Shown in pieces: positions 26,529-40,759 of a stretch of DNA of 64,000 nucleotides. The notes under the pieces were generated by a model. That model was not told the DNA's origin. It saw only the letters and a list, made by a program, of their open reading frames with translations, and did no database searches. Each line of letters begins with the position of its first letter. Within the stretch, counting starts at the first letter, position 1. The translations under genes and the position numbers were made by a program. The stretch comes from Rhizophagus irregularis (lineage: Eukaryota), in contig NC_089429.1 in the NCBI RefSeq assembly GCF_026210795.1, positions 7,130,001 through 7,194,000 of the forward strand, given 5' to 3'.

Positions 26529-28000
26529 TTTTTGAAGAAAAAAAATTTTTTATAATCAAAATAAGTTAATTAAATTAAAAATTGGTGCATCATATTTGTA
26601 TTAATTCTCAAACAATTAAAAATGAACTGGTCTACTAATATTACTATAGAACCCAAATAATACTAATATAATTTACAAATAAACTTTAAGTATCAAAGTA
26701 AAAATATATTTTATAACATAATTCTGTTAATATTGAAGCTAGAAAAGTGATTTACTATCATTAAAATCCTTTCATCAAGATGAATCCAATAATATAAATT
26801 TATTAAAATCAAATCACTAGTTGTATTAAAATAAAGGTATATAGGATAATAAAATTTTGAAAACACCCCTATAATACACAACTTTTGAAAAATTTTAATA
26901 TATATTCTAATTAAACTTAAATGTGAATTGTATCAGTATCCTATTATTACAAATTAAATTTAAAAATCTAAATTTGTTTTAGTAAATCTAAAAATGAATT
27001 GTTGTTATTTTATTTTATCCTGTTATTTATTAATCTGTTAACTATTTATTTTTATTATATAATATATATCATATAACAAAACTAAATTTATACTTAAAAT
27101 CTATAAAGTATTTATTTTATTATCATAATGTTTATCAAAGCATTTATTAAATATTTATAAATAACACTTATTAAATACAAGATGTGTTAAAAAAGTGCCT
27201 ATAAGTATTAAATTAAAGTATTAAAAAAATGCTTAAAAAATTAACTATTTAATAAATAATAAAATATTGCAGTATTTAAGTATTAATTTTTTTATTACTT
27301 AACAGTTAATAAATGCAAATTTTTAATACTTATTAAATACTGGTAAATACAAGACTCCGTCCATTTAGTTAAACTTTATAATAACTTATTTATTTTAGGT
27401 TTAATAAAAATATATAAATTTTAGATGTAAATTTAAATAATTAATGTATTCATTAGGTTCTGATTTTATATTGATATCTGTTAAATTTGCAATTATAATA
27501 CTATATATTATAATACCATAATTATAGGAAATATGAAAAGATAATCAAATGGACTTTGCAAATAATGTTTTCCTTTATTTATTAGATTAAAATTTCCTTT
27601 ATCATCCCTAATAAAAAAAAGGATGAATTAATTTTTATAATTACCTTAATATTATCAAAATAAATATTAATGATGATATAGTATATAGTTTATTATAATA
27701 CTTTCACATTATAATAGTATCAGTTTTATAATTTGCAAAAATAAACCCATATTTTTCATAAGAGATAACCGTCAGTATATATATAATAGGACTACGTAAT
27801 CACGTGGAATCTAAAAATAAAAATGAAAATAAAAGTAAAAAAACGAAGTATAGTACTTAACGTAAAAAATAATATTAATAAAAAATTCAACAGATTTAGA
27901 TCATAAATTAGTAATTATGCACCAATTTTAATAAAAAATAAATTGAGTCCATATTATAGTATTTCGATCTGGATAGAACAGGATAGAGCCGTTATCTAAT

Positions 28001-28935
28001 TATCGTAATTGTTGCGCCACTACTAACTACTATATAAATGGTGGATTTAAATTTAAATTTATTATCCGGAACGTTAGCCTTTTTTATTTCTTGTTGCTAT
28101 TCACGCATTGACATTATCATATGGTCAGCTTTTTATTTTCTCAGAAGCAGAAAAGCCTCTAACAAGGTTGTGAAACAATTTTTCTCTCCAATTTTACTTC
28201 GCAATCTCTTTGTATTACAATATGGATTAAAGATTAAAGAATAAAGTAAACAATTGAGAAACCTAGATCCCTAATTAAACCATTTTTAGCCATAAATCAA
28301 TAAATAAACTATTGGTTGAGAACAATGCCATAGATTATAAATGATAACGGAAAATGTGGATGCTGTGTAATAAGCGACGCGGTCCGTATTTTCAACCTAT
28401 CGGTTATTCAGACGGCAAAAAACCTGAGTTGAGTTGATTCTTCTGAGTTGATTCTTCTCTGAGTCGAAATAGAATATTCACGGTGAACCAATAAAGATTA
28501 ATGGAACAATAGACCTTTGAAAGACTGATGTGATTTACAGTAAATATTTACTAAAAATAGATTTCTTATCGCACTATCAAATTAAACTTAATAATTTTTA
28601 TGCCTTTAGTAATAACTGTTTTACACAAATAAAAAAATGAAACGAAAATTTAGAAAGGGAACAATAAAATAAGATAAATAATTATGTTCCTAATCAATTA
28701 AATTTTTTATATGTTTATTCATTGTTCCTGAATTCAGTTTTTTGTGTTTTTTGTACAATAACTTTGACAAATGATGCAGATCGTACAACGACAAATGAAC
28801 TAATAATATGACAGGGTTGACTCTGAAATACATAGAATATTTTAAAACAAAGAAGAATATGAATTCTGACTACATTTTATATTTTAAGAATTCGATTAAC
28901 CGATTAACTACGATTTATTTTATTTAACCAATAAT
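28001..28935. repeat. Dispersed duplication, copy 2 (inverted block B followed by block A)
   Basis: 28001-28275 is the reverse complement of 9558-9845; 28291-28935 aligns with 8824-9403 with indels. Confidence 0.85.
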
Positions 28936-31462
28936 ATTATGCCATAAAGTATTGAATACGATCAACGGTATTCTAGTTTTAAATTCCGAAGAAACTCAGA
29001 CACGGGATAAATTTTTTTAGGGTTAAAATAATTTAGGTTTAGAATCGTGTAATTATATGGGAGAAATGTGAAAAATAAATTTTTATTTTTGAATTGAATA
29101 AATAAAATTTTCATCTCAAATGAGATAATAAAATAATTTTAGAAATATTATTGTAGAAATAGAATAATTTTAAAGAAATGTATCGTGGAAATAATTTAAT
29201 AGATTTTAGAAATATTATAATCTATATGAAAATAGAATAATTTTAAGAAATGTAGTAAATCAAATACGATTTACTACAAGAAAAGTTTTTTTACAAGGTG
29301 CGATGAGGGGATATTAAAATATCATCGCACCCCGGTTTAGAAATTATCAAGCAACGCTCAATAATTCATCGATATATGGTAGTACGATAATTTTTATTTA
29401 GAAAAAGTGAAATTAGTGTGTAAGTGTTGTTTGAGATTCATTTTTAAATAATTTTTAATTTGGAAAAGAATTATTTTTTATTTTTTTTTCTTGTTGATTT
29501 TTTAATGAAGCTTGATCACGGTCTATTTATAATGTAGCGGGAAAAACAAATAAACCGAACGTATATTTCTGTGATCCCTAATTTGACACGAGTTAAATTA
29601 AGTTTTGTTTAATAGTTGATAAAACTTTGATAAAGAACAATGTTAAAAAATATATGCGACCGTAAAGACAATGGTAAAACACATGTGCCCGCCATTTGTG
29701 TCGCGGATAAAGATTAGCTTTTTTCTATTGGTATAATATTTTCTGAAACATAATCATTTATAGACATACCTGGAAACAATTCTTTTTATACTACTGCGAT
29801 TTTTTTTCTCGTGTAATTTAAATTACATAAAATGAAATACTTTTCTATTATCAAAACATTGGATGGGTCACTGTATACCCTGATTATACTGCATCCATAC
29901 AAGTTACTATACAATCTAAAACTTGGAGCTGCAATTAAAAAATTACCTATCGGATTTTTCGCCAGCAGTGTTACCTCCCTCTGGCTTTGGTCTCAGATTG
30001 TTATTACAGGTTACAGGTGGATGTCATCAAAGTTTACAATAGGTTTTTTTTATTATAACGTAATTAAAATTACAATTTGTTTATTAATAATTTAGTATTT
30101 AATAGTGAATTACATAATTATATTATTTCGAATTATGTATTTTCCCAATGATTATAGTAATAGATAAAAATTTAAAAAAAATTATTACGTAATATGAATT
30201 ATTTAACGTGTAAATCATATAATTTATTTTTTTTAAAGGAATATCATTGTAAAATTATTTATATCAAATAAAATATTTCAGAAATTTGCTGAGCACATTT
30301 GGGAAAAAAGGCTGAACGTAAAGAATTATTAATGCATCAAATGAAACAATATCATAAACGAGAAAAACAGGAAGTTTCATCAAGAATTTAGTTTCAGTTT
30401 CGCCCGAAACACTAGCATGCACTTCCTCACAAAAAAATCAAGGCTTCGATAAACAAATATATATAAATTAAAAATTTTAAAAAAAGAAATTTGTGACATC
30501 CACATGTACGTAAGTACGTTATGGTAGAAAGTTGACTTGTGTAAAAAAAATTACTACTATTTAATGTAATTTTTATTGACTTTGTTAATCAAAAAACAAT
30601 TTATATTATAAAAGCATTTGCATGTAAAAATGTATATCAGATGTTTTTTATGTAGATTTGTGTAAAAAAATCTACATAAACTGTACAAATACTATTTTTA
30701 GATTTTATGAAATATATTATTTAAATATCTGATATATATAGATTTTTTAATATGTAATAATTTATTGTTTAATACTAAATAAATAACAATTAACTATTAC
30801 ATAAATTTTTTGGTCATCTATTATTTTACTTATCAAAAAGCAAAATTTTTAAAGTAGTTATATTTAATACATAATAATCTACAAAAATTAGGCAATTTTA
30901 ATTTAATATTCTCCTCCTTATTTTTGAAAATTTAAAAGGAAATTATATTCACATATGTTTAAAACACCTCTTCTTTTTTTAAAAATTTTTAAATAATACC
31001 AAATATTTCTGATTTTCTGAAAATTTTAATATATTTAAATATTATTTTTTAAAATTATTCCTTTTTTTTCCTCAAATTTTTCAGCTTAAAAAGGCATTAA
31101 ACTAATTATTAATTTGGAATGGTTTATTTTGTATGGTTTTTCCAAAATAATTATATTTTTTAAAATTAATAGTATATAAAAAAAATTGTTTAAAAATAGG
31201 TATACCAAATTATGTGATTATATGAAAATCATAGTAAAAATTGTTAAATTTAGATTTGTTATAAGAAAACTTAAACAAAACTTTACTTTTAAGTTTTAGA
31301 GTTAAGCTTTATCAAATAATATAATTTTAGTATAGTTTATTACTTTATTTATAAAATTAAACCAAAAGCAAGTTAATAAAAGTTATAAATATTTTATTTT
31401 TAAATTAATTAAAACTTTCTAATACTTTACAAATAAATAGTGCATTTATATTATTTATATAT

Positions 31463-31709
31463 TGGGTCCTGTGATCACCAGACATTGAAGATAAGGCCTT
31501 TATGGCTAAAATGACCCGTTACTAAATGAAGTCTACTTACAGAGTCAAACAATCACTCGACAGTATATACGTGGGGTACTACCGGTATGACGAGTGGTTT
31601 GTAGTTTGATTATATTAAAGTAGTTATTAGGAAATTTTACTTTGTATATATTTTCTTTATTTTTTTACTTTAATAAAACTGCAAATGCGCTGCAGAAAAA
31701 AAAAAAAAA
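31463..31709 (+). mobile_element. Short non-LTR retro-insertion with poly-A tail
   Basis: 15-bp TSD ATATTATTTATATAT at 31448-31462 and 31710-31724; A-run at 31696-31710; GC-richer than the flanks. Confidence 0.75.
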
Positions 31710-32039
31710 ATATTATTTATATATATAGTAATAAATTTATTAAAAACTTTATTAAGATTTGAGAATTCAAATAAAAATTATTATTGATATTATTTAATTT
31801 TTTTTTAGTTTTCTATATTACTATTTAAATATAAAATATCAAATATTTTGTAAAGTAATAATTAGATTAATTTTTTAATATTTGAATAAAATTATTTATT
31901 TTCTTAAAAATATTAATAAGTAATTAAAATTTTTTTAAAATTATTGAAGTAGTTAACTACTTTTTAAATATACTGTAAATTTAATAAAATTTATTATGTA
32001 ATTAGTTAAGGGTAGAGTGTATTTACGCCACAACATATA

Positions 32040-33361
32040 CACACCCCTACCATAAATTACCGGATTTTTGTCACGTGAATCGGCACATCAGTGTCACAAT
32101 CTGCAATTTCTCCCTATCGCACATATAAACAAAGAAATAAAAAAAAAATGTTTTTGTTACTCTTCTAGTCTTAAATACGTGGAAATGAACTGTCAGCAAC
32201 TAATAAACGTGAGCAGATTATTAGTGCTTATTTGAGTGGCGTCAAACAAAAAATTATTTCCACTCAGCTTGATATACCTACCAGTACAGTAAGTGATACT
32301 ATCAAAAGATATAAAGAAACAGGCTCTGCAATACCTAAGAAATGTTCTGGGTGGCCAAAAATTTTAACTCAACATGATACACGAGTTCTACGACGTATTG
32401 TTCGTACTGATCGGTTTTCTCCTCTAGGTGATATAACAAACAGATTAAACTCCAGCCTTAACACAACTTTGCATCAAAGTACAGTTAGAAGATATCTTCA
32501 TGGAGTAGGTATTAGCAGTTATTCTACACATAAGAAACCTCTTTTAACTGAAAAACAATGAAAAGATCGATTGAGATGGGCTAGAGAAAAACAAAATTGG
32601 GAAGATGAGTGGAAACAGGTAGTATGGTCTGACGAATCAAGATTTGCTCTTTTTGAATCAAATGGTCGAGTAAAAGTGTGGAGAAGTCCTGGAGAAGCCT
32701 ACAATAAAGATTGTATTCAACCTACAGTTAAGTTTGGAGGGGGTTCAGTGATGTTTGGGGTGTGTTTTGCTAATATGACGTGGACTTTCATTGTGATGAT
32801 GGAAACATGAATGACGATTACGTCAACGTTTTAGCTAATCACTTTATACTATAGGTAAATAATTACCCCTGGTTCCATATTTCAGCAAGATGGAGCTTCA
32901 TGTCATACATCAAATTATAGTATTTGGTGGATGAGAACGCATAATGTTCCAATGTTAGACTGGGTGACGCAAAGCCCAGATCTAAACCCGATTGAGAACT
33001 TGTGGGACCATTTGGATCATCAGGTACGAAAAAGGAAGCCTTTGCCTAAATCTAAACAGGAGTTAATTAGTAAGTAGTGGAGGAATGGAGAAAAATAAGC
33101 ATAGAAACATTACACCACCTAATTTTAAGCTTACCTATCGATTTGGCGAGTAATAAAGGCTAAAGGTGGACATACTAAATATTAATTTTATTGGTCCAAA
33201 TTTTTTATATAATAAACTTCATATTCGATATTTTATTTTAAGAAAAAAAAAATATTTAATTATTAAGTGAAAAAATTTTTTTATATATATATAAAATTTT
33301 GAATTTTACGCATAAATTCTACAAATAGTAAAAAAATCTGGTAATTTATAGTAGGGGTGTG
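32040..33361 (+). mobile_element. Tc1-family DD34E transposon
   Basis: TIRs CACACCCCTACCATAAATTACCGGATTTTT / AAAAATCTGGTAATTTATAGTAGGGGTGTG; TA TSD. Confidence 0.93.
32178..33185 (+). pseudogene. Tc1 transposase pseudogene
   Basis: HTH region, VWSDESRF, FQQDGASCH and SPDLNPIENLW (34 residues between D and E), ending GGHTKY*; in-frame TGA at 32559 and frameshifts. Confidence 0.9.
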
Positions 33362-34322
33362 TATACAATAATGGACTAAAAAATGTAGATCATTACGTGA
33401 CTATAAAACGAGCAAAAGCAGATGAAAAATTTATGATTTCTCACAAACTACCATATGAATTTTGTTAAATACACATTTAAAAAGAGTATATACATGCACT
33501 TCATTTTATTTATTAAAACATTTAATCATTTGCTATTAGTTTTTTTGAGTGTATTTGGACTTTTAAAAGCAAATATGACTAATAATAAAAAAATAAAATG
33601 GTATTAATAAAAAATTTTATTTGAATAAGTAATGCACAATGATTTTTTGATATAAAATATTTTTTTTTTATTATACTATTAGCTTGTAAAGTTTTATAAG
33701 TTTCAAGTTGATTTGAAGATATGTTTTCTAGGTGATTCGCAACTTACCATAGGAGATTCGCAACTTAATGACAACTTTATAGTGTAATATTTTGTCATAA
33801 ACCTTATTTGTACTATACTTTGCTAAAGTTTATTTGAAAGACAGAAACTCTAGCTTTCTAAAGAGTACTTTTAAACAGTTTTACATAGAATATTGAGGGA
33901 GTTTTCTTTATAGCAAAGTAAAAAAAAAATGATTTTTTTTTTTAGCCATATGATCAGCTATATCAATCCCTCTATCCTTAATAAAATATAAATTTTTTTG
34001 CAATTAACTGAGTTTTTATTTGATTTTAACATTACATAATATTAATAAATAATTGTTATAGATTTTACTATATAAAACCCATATATTTCATATATTTATA
34101 TAAAGAAATGAACCTTACTTTTAAATAAATTAATAAATCATTTTTTTAAAAAAAATAATTTTAAAAAGGGAAAATATATATCTCATTTCCCTTCCTTCCC
34201 ATATATATGATGTTAAGATTTCACATTTTAATATTTTATAATAAAAAAAAAACTTTTAATATACAAACTTTTTAAAATGTCTATTATATGTATTTTTCCT
34301 CTACTTTGCAAGTTCACTTAAA

Positions 34323-34511
34323 TTTATTTATTTATTTATTTTATTACTAAAAGAGTGGTAGTACCAAAACTATTACAAATAAAAGTGTGGAAGCATTTAC
34401 ATGCCTGACTACTAGTATACATGTATAGAATTCAGAACTTCATCCCTTACAGGACCTCACTCTTCGATCAGACTATTTGAAAAACTAGGACTATGCTAAC
34501 AATTGGAATGG
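34323..34511 (-). mobile_element. Short non-LTR retro-insertion with (TAAA)n tail
   Basis: 15-bp TSD GCAAGTTCACTTAAA at 34308-34322 and 34512-34526; (TTTA)n at the left end. Confidence 0.85.
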
Positions 34512-34733
34512 GCAAGTTCACTTAAAGCATCAAAGAACTTTTTTTCGGGGGGGGGGTTTTTTCATTAAATCACGTGACGTATTTAATTCTAGCCAGAATT
34601 AAATGATCAGCGTACAAAATATCCTTTTTTGGAATAAAGGCGAGATTTAAACATTACAAACATTACACATGGCGAGATCTAAATTTTCCCTTTTAAAAAA
34701 TCAATAATAGAAAAAAGAAAATTTAAAAGTTAA

Positions 34734-37700
34734 CCCGAGACATGGAACAGACTGAGAGCGGATATTGCTAATGCAAAAGAAAGTAACGATAGTAAGACTA
34801 TTCAAGACAATATAGAATTTACATGGAATTATATTACCGAGACACTAGTGGACACAGCGCGCGCTACTTTCCCACACAAGAAAAAAGATCGAAAGTAACT
34901 AACAACAAATTATTTCAACCCGAAAATACACGCGAAACTTAGCAAGGTGGTTGATTCTCATGCTGAATGAGGCGGCCAACCCACGCCAAGATAATAATAA
35001 TGCACATGACTTAAGTCAGGAGCTCAGCGATTGGTTTCCATAGCCACAAAATATAATACAGACTATCCGGACGTGGACGAAACCTATCTAAACCCAAATC
35101 TTGTACCATTAACAACCACTTGGGTAGATCAGGTAAAAGCGGTACTTAAGGCCCGTCAAAAGCATGAACGAGCTAAAATGCTAGCCAAGCAACGTACCGA
35201 AATATCAGAAGCAATAGAAAAGAGGATCCAACAAATTGAGAGCGATCAATCCAAATGGATCAATAATTCGTTGAAAAATCAATTCCTATTGATCGACTGC
35301 TAAAAGTGCACCCCTCGAGTTGTTAATATCACCAGACGACATATCGGAACAAGCAATAGCCTCTATTCACATCAGTTCAGAAAAAGGAGGGTCAGTTTCT
35401 CATCAATCCATGATATGCCACCTTTTTGGCAAAAGATATATGAACCAGTGACTCAGAATGAACAGGTTTTTGATGAAGTACTCACAGAAATTGATGATGA
35501 GGAATGGGATACGATCTTGAAAAGTGTAAACGAAAAATCAGCAGCAGGAGTCATAGGAGTTATTATATTATGATTAAAAAATTACCTCCAAGATTACAGA
35601 ATTTAATTAGATGCGCCCTAAATCTTATACTGACAATGGGTAATCTACCTAACAATACAATTGGAAATTCTCGACCATTATTCCGATTCCAAAACCAGAA
35701 AAATTCAGCTATAACATGGCAAACGTTAGACCTATCGCGCTTTTGGACAATTTTAGAAAGTTATTAACCAAAACAATAAGTATTCGTTTAGGAAAATATT
35801 GTGACAGCAAAATTATTGTGGACTCCCCGGAGACTCCACAACCACCCCAATACAGATAATTAATACTTTAATTGAAGATGCAAAAACCAACAACAAACAA
35901 TTATGGATTATGTTTCAAGATATATCCAATGCCTTTGACTCCATCAGCATGAAAGGACTGAATTTAGCGCTACAACGCGCCAACGCCTGAACCTCCCAGA
36001 TCGTTTGATCACCTTAATTATTAGGCTCTTTACTAACCGAAAAGCCCAGATACTTACAGCCTTTGGAACTACACCTTCTTTCACAGCAGGGGATGGGATA
36101 GATCAAGGCGATAGTCTATCCCCTTTAATAGGCGAATCTACTATGATCCTCTGCTCAAAGCGATCACAACGAGAGATACAACAAAACAGAAACCATATTG
36201 GTTATGAAATCAGCTGTGTATGCCCACCGATCCTGCCAACCCGAATACGTGGGTTAAATACAATAATTCAGTGGCAGTAGCAGCTTATATGGATGACACA
36301 GCGTTCATTGAAACCTCCAAAGAACGTATGCAAGTAATTCTGAACATAGCGAACTCATTTTATAGCACAATGGATATATTTATCAATATCAAAAAATGTG
36401 ACTTGTCATTTTTCAACTCACCATTATCCATAACGGAGAATAAAGTTTACTTGGGGATTCATAAAATGATATCATCAGGATCACAGGCGGGGAAGTTCGT
36501 TATCTAGGGGTCTTCTTGACAGCAAAAGGGCCAGATTATTAAACAAACAAAGGATTGTATAAATCCGAGATATCTTCTTACAAACAGTAGGGAAGAAATT
36601 GCTATCGATTGCTCATGTAGTTTATTTAACTAATAAAGTCCTTTACCTCAGATAGCATATCTCAGTCAGACACTGATAGTCAAAAGGAATGGAAAAACCC
36701 ATATTATCATTCGTTAAGCATACGATAGGAATAGTAAAGTCCAGTTCTAACTCAATCTTATTTCATGAAGGAAATATTGGGTTTGGCAGTACATATTACA
36801 AATTTTATTAAAATCCTGAATTCATCAAACACCGCCACAGATACAACCCTGATTAGGCTCAGACAAGGTTAAATTCAAGCGCGATGCACGACTGATATTT
36901 TTTCAGCAATTTTAAAATATAGGGACGTTTTCAAAGCCATTGACCTTGGTCTAAACTTAATACAAATCGTGTGAAAGACTCGTTCAGGATAGAAGGTCAA
37001 TAGAACCATACTCGATGAATGGATTAACTATTTCACCCGTCATCGTTATTAAAGATGAATAAACCGGCGGATAAATACCCCCTATTCTTTGCCCACCAAC
37101 TTGTAACGCATGATGGACGACATATGATAACATGGGCTCAATCAAGACTCCTCTCCAGACTGTCAGCCAAAGGGAAAAAAGCAATCTGGTTCAAGCACCT
37201 AGAATGGTTGTTCTCGCAAAACGACAGCTCGAGATTACTTAAGGACGGTTTAAGGTATAATCCCCCAGCCTTCTTTAATGATCATTAATGATCATCTACC
37301 GATCCCATCCAAAGACAGGCGAAACAAAGAATGGATTGTATTCAAAAGAAGAAAAGAATACCAAGTAGCCAAAATTACTATGAAATCACACAAGAAGGAT
37401 ATGTTATCCGTAGAAATCTGGAACATAGCTAGTTTTGATCCACATTTGGGTAATTTATACCAACTTGAAAAGCCAGCTCGCAGTTTAACACTTGACATTC
37501 CTAGAAAATCGGCAAGAACACTTAATGTGACGCACAAAGATGGCAACTTTGCGACAAATACCCCGCTAAACTTAATTACAACAAATTGCCTTTGTGTGAT
37601 ATCAACCAACAATCAATACGCAGATGGAAGCCCAGTCTCATTGCACCAATGACGATTCGTCTCCGACATCAATCAGTGAATCAATAGAGTACAGTGAATC

Positions 37701-39558
37701 GGATATCGCCTCCACGCCGGCTATAGTAATTGACCAAGATCGGTTAATAGATATAAGGTTCGGCTCTTCGGATTTAGCTAAGACTTTAATGGACGCCAAA
37801 AAACGTTTGTTAACACTAAGTCAACTAAAATTTTATACCGATGGTAGTCTTAAAAAACGCTCCCATGGTAGTATCATAGACAGCAATGCTAGATCGAACA
37901 TCAAATGGGACCCAAATACTAATGAGGTAGCGCAAGGCGCAGCATTTTATTGAAATTACAACAGAACAACATGTTGTGTCGCGCATTGACAATTGGCCAT
38001 CTTCGACCAGGGCGGAAATATATACAATTTTACTGGCGTTACTTACTTGTTCAAATGGATCGAAAGTGCTCATATATACAGACAACGCGGCAGCGATACA
38101 AGCAATTAATGGAATATTAGGCACCAGACCGAGAAATTTTAGTTAGAAATAATTTTTTATTATTATATAGAATTTTTAGAGTAGTTAGAAAGGGTAATTT
38201 AGATTTAGAACATAAAGTAAAAGGACACAGTGGGTATATATGGAACGAGAAAGTAGATGAATTAGCCAAACTCGCTAGTACTAGCCCTTCGACTCAATTC
38301 AACCTAGCCCACGATGATATAAACTTTTTACCAACGATCGATAATATTAAGAACATGATACAATTTTTTAATGACGCGCAATGGACTGTAATCAAGATGC
38401 CTTAATAGATCGTATAAAGATTACGACTGGGATGTCACATGGAACGCTGTGAAATAAGTCAAACATTTCAAATGCACAAGTTCTATTCGCAACAAATTCT
38501 GGGCGTTTTGGGTTAAAAAATTGCTGAACAACCTATTACCGATAGGAAAACTGCTCCAATTACGTTCCAACGCTGTACAAAAATTTCACTTGCCCAATGT
38601 GTAATATAGAAGATGAAAGGTAGCACATATTGGTTCATGTACAGGACACAGAGCAATAGAAGCCAAAGCGGCAATTTCACTCGTCCCTGCTTACCATACT
38701 ACAAAGAGACTTAAATTTTAAAGCCAAAGCGGCAATTTTCACTCGTCCCTGCTTACCATACTACAAAGAGACTTAAATTTTAAATCAACAGCAAGCGGAC
38801 AATTTTCTCAAAAGATTAATTGGAATTTCTGTGACTTCAGAGGGGTTTTCATCGATCTTTCAGGATGCAATAAAAGGAAAAATCGACGCATCCATGACGA
38901 ATAAAGCGTCAAAACTGTTTAATTTTACCAGGAATAAATGTATTACATTTTGTACCAAATTGCTAACTATCATGTTACCCAGATTTTCATAGAATGGTGG
39001 ACTTCCAGATGTCAGTTGACCGTTCAGTGGGAAAGTACAAACGGTATCTCCACCTTAATGAACAGATCGGTCAGTAACAACAAACATAACAACTCTGTCC
39101 GGCGTAAACCACGGTCAAACAGTGATGAATTTGAAACGTACGACGGCCCAATGCGTAACATTGTCGACTCTAGAGGAGGTACTCTAATCAAGCCAGCTGA
39201 ATGTTTCGCCAGGTCCCTCCGAAAGATGATGGATCAAGCAGGATTATTCGCTCAACAAAATCGTTAGAAGGGTTAAATTGGGAATTTTGATCTTTATTTA
39301 GAGATTGGAACCTGTAGATTTATTTATTATTTATAGTCTTATTTTTATTTTATTTCTCAGATTAGTTATAATGTTTAATTTTAATCAATTCAAATTTTGG
39401 TATACTAGGTTTATATTTACAATTTAGTTTCAGCGGTGTGGCATGGGATATATCTGCAGGCGGGTAGGGTATAATCTATTTAGAATAGGATTTGGTTCTT
39501 GTAACTTTTCCTTTAAATAAGGAATACTGCTCCCTTTGAGTATAATAATAATAAAAAA
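34734..39558 (+). mobile_element. 5'-truncated LINE with RT, RNase H and C-terminal zinc-finger remnants (frameshifted)
   Basis: RT motifs QDISNAFDSI, GIDQGDSLSPL, AYMDDT; RNase H motifs FYTDGS, SSTRAE, IYTDN, KVKGHSG..WNEKVDELAK; CPMC; (TAA)n/poly-A tail; 16-bp TSD AAAATTTAAAAGTTAA (34718-34733) and AAAATTTTAAAGTTAA (39559-39574). Confidence 0.92.
38660..38784 (+). repeat. ~62-bp tandem duplication inside the LINE
   Basis: AAGCCAAAGCGGCAATTT...AGAGACTTAAATTTTAAA occurs twice. Confidence 0.85.
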
Positions 39559-39611
39559 AAAATTTTAAAGTTAATGCTATTATGAAAAATATAATTTTTC
39601 CCATAAGTATT

Positions 39612-40020
39612 ATATTATCGCCTTTTTCTTTTTAGTGTGATCTAGCTAAAATAATAATTAAAAAAGGTGAATTTTTTAAATCTGTGATTACTAAGATTTT
39701 ATTGTATTTTTAGGTAGAGAGGGTGCAAATACAAGCTGAAAATGCAATAAAATTTTAGTAATCACAAGTTTTAAAGTAAGTTTACTTACATATAAGTGAC
39801 TCCTTAAAAATTTGTGTAACATTTATGCTTTAAAAGTTACTTATAAGTAAACTTACTTTAAAACTTGTAATTACTAAAATTTTATTGCATTTTCAGCTTA
39901 TATTTGCATCTTCTCTACCTGAAAATACAATAAAATTTTAGTAATCACAGGTTTCTAAAATTCATCTTTTTTTATTATTATTTTAACTAGATCACACTAA
40001 AAAGAAAACAGCGATAATAT
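39612..40020. repeat. Foldback element / long palindrome (~185-bp arms)
   Basis: ATATTATCGCC...AAGTAAGTTTACTTACA mirrored by TATAAGTAAACTTACTT...GCGATAATAT. Confidence 0.85.
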
Positions 40021-40759
40021 GCATAAAAATTAATATATAAGTAATTTGTTTTTACTAAATAACTTTTAATTAATAAAGAAAATTAATTTTATTTAACTAA
40101 AGTAATAAAATTATAGTCAAAAATTAGTAAATAAAAGAATAAAAAATTTGAAAGTTAATACTATGATGATTTTCTTAATAAATATTATATTTATATTAGA
40201 ACTTCAAATATTTAATATAAAACTTATAATTAATTATATTAAAATTAATATTTTTTATTATTTTAATTTTGTAATTATTTTAAAATTTAGTAATCAGATT
40301 TAAATAAACTTTTTTTAAAATATTAGTAGTAAAATCAAATTATAACTTATTTTAAATTTATCTGAAGTTTTCTTACACTTATAAAGATTAATATTTAAAT
40401 AGTTTTAATTAAAGTAATAGAATTATATTTTGAAAATAACAAAAAAAAAAAATTTAAATTAGTATAATTATAAGAATTTTAAATTATATATATAAATTAT
40501 ATTGAAATTAAAATTTTTATTATAATTAATAAGTAAAATTTATATTATAAAATTATTGCACTACTATTAATAAGTATTTGTTTTATAATTTATATAATAT
40601 ATATAAATTTTTATAAAAATTATTTTTACTACTAATAAATTTGAATTTTAATTAATATTGGTAGTTTTAAATTTTTAATAATTTTTTTTTTTTATAATTA
40701 TCCTTAAAGGAATTAATAAGCTTTATTAAAAAAATATGATAGGTATATCAATCTATATA

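Larger units (their letters stand above)
24001..26633. mobile_element. PIF/Harbinger transposon
   Basis: TIRs AGACCAGTTCATTT / AAATGAACTGGTCT; 3-bp TSD ACT; convergent Myb/SANT-like gene and DDE transposase. Confidence 0.9.
19964..27380. mobile_element. Non-autonomous CAC-ended (CMC/CACTA-like) element carrying intron array A and three nested TEs
   Basis: Left end CACGAAGTTAAACTAA..GCATTTACCAACTATTTATTAA versus reverse complement of right end TATAAAGTTTAACTAA..GTATTTACCAGTATTTAATAA; terminal differences mostly C>T/G>A; AT dinucleotide on both flanks. Confidence 0.5.

Noticed and set aside
29297..29331. GGTGCGATGA...TCATCGCACC hairpin as a Helitron 3' end
   Set aside because: Not followed by a clear CTRR terminus and no 5' end identified
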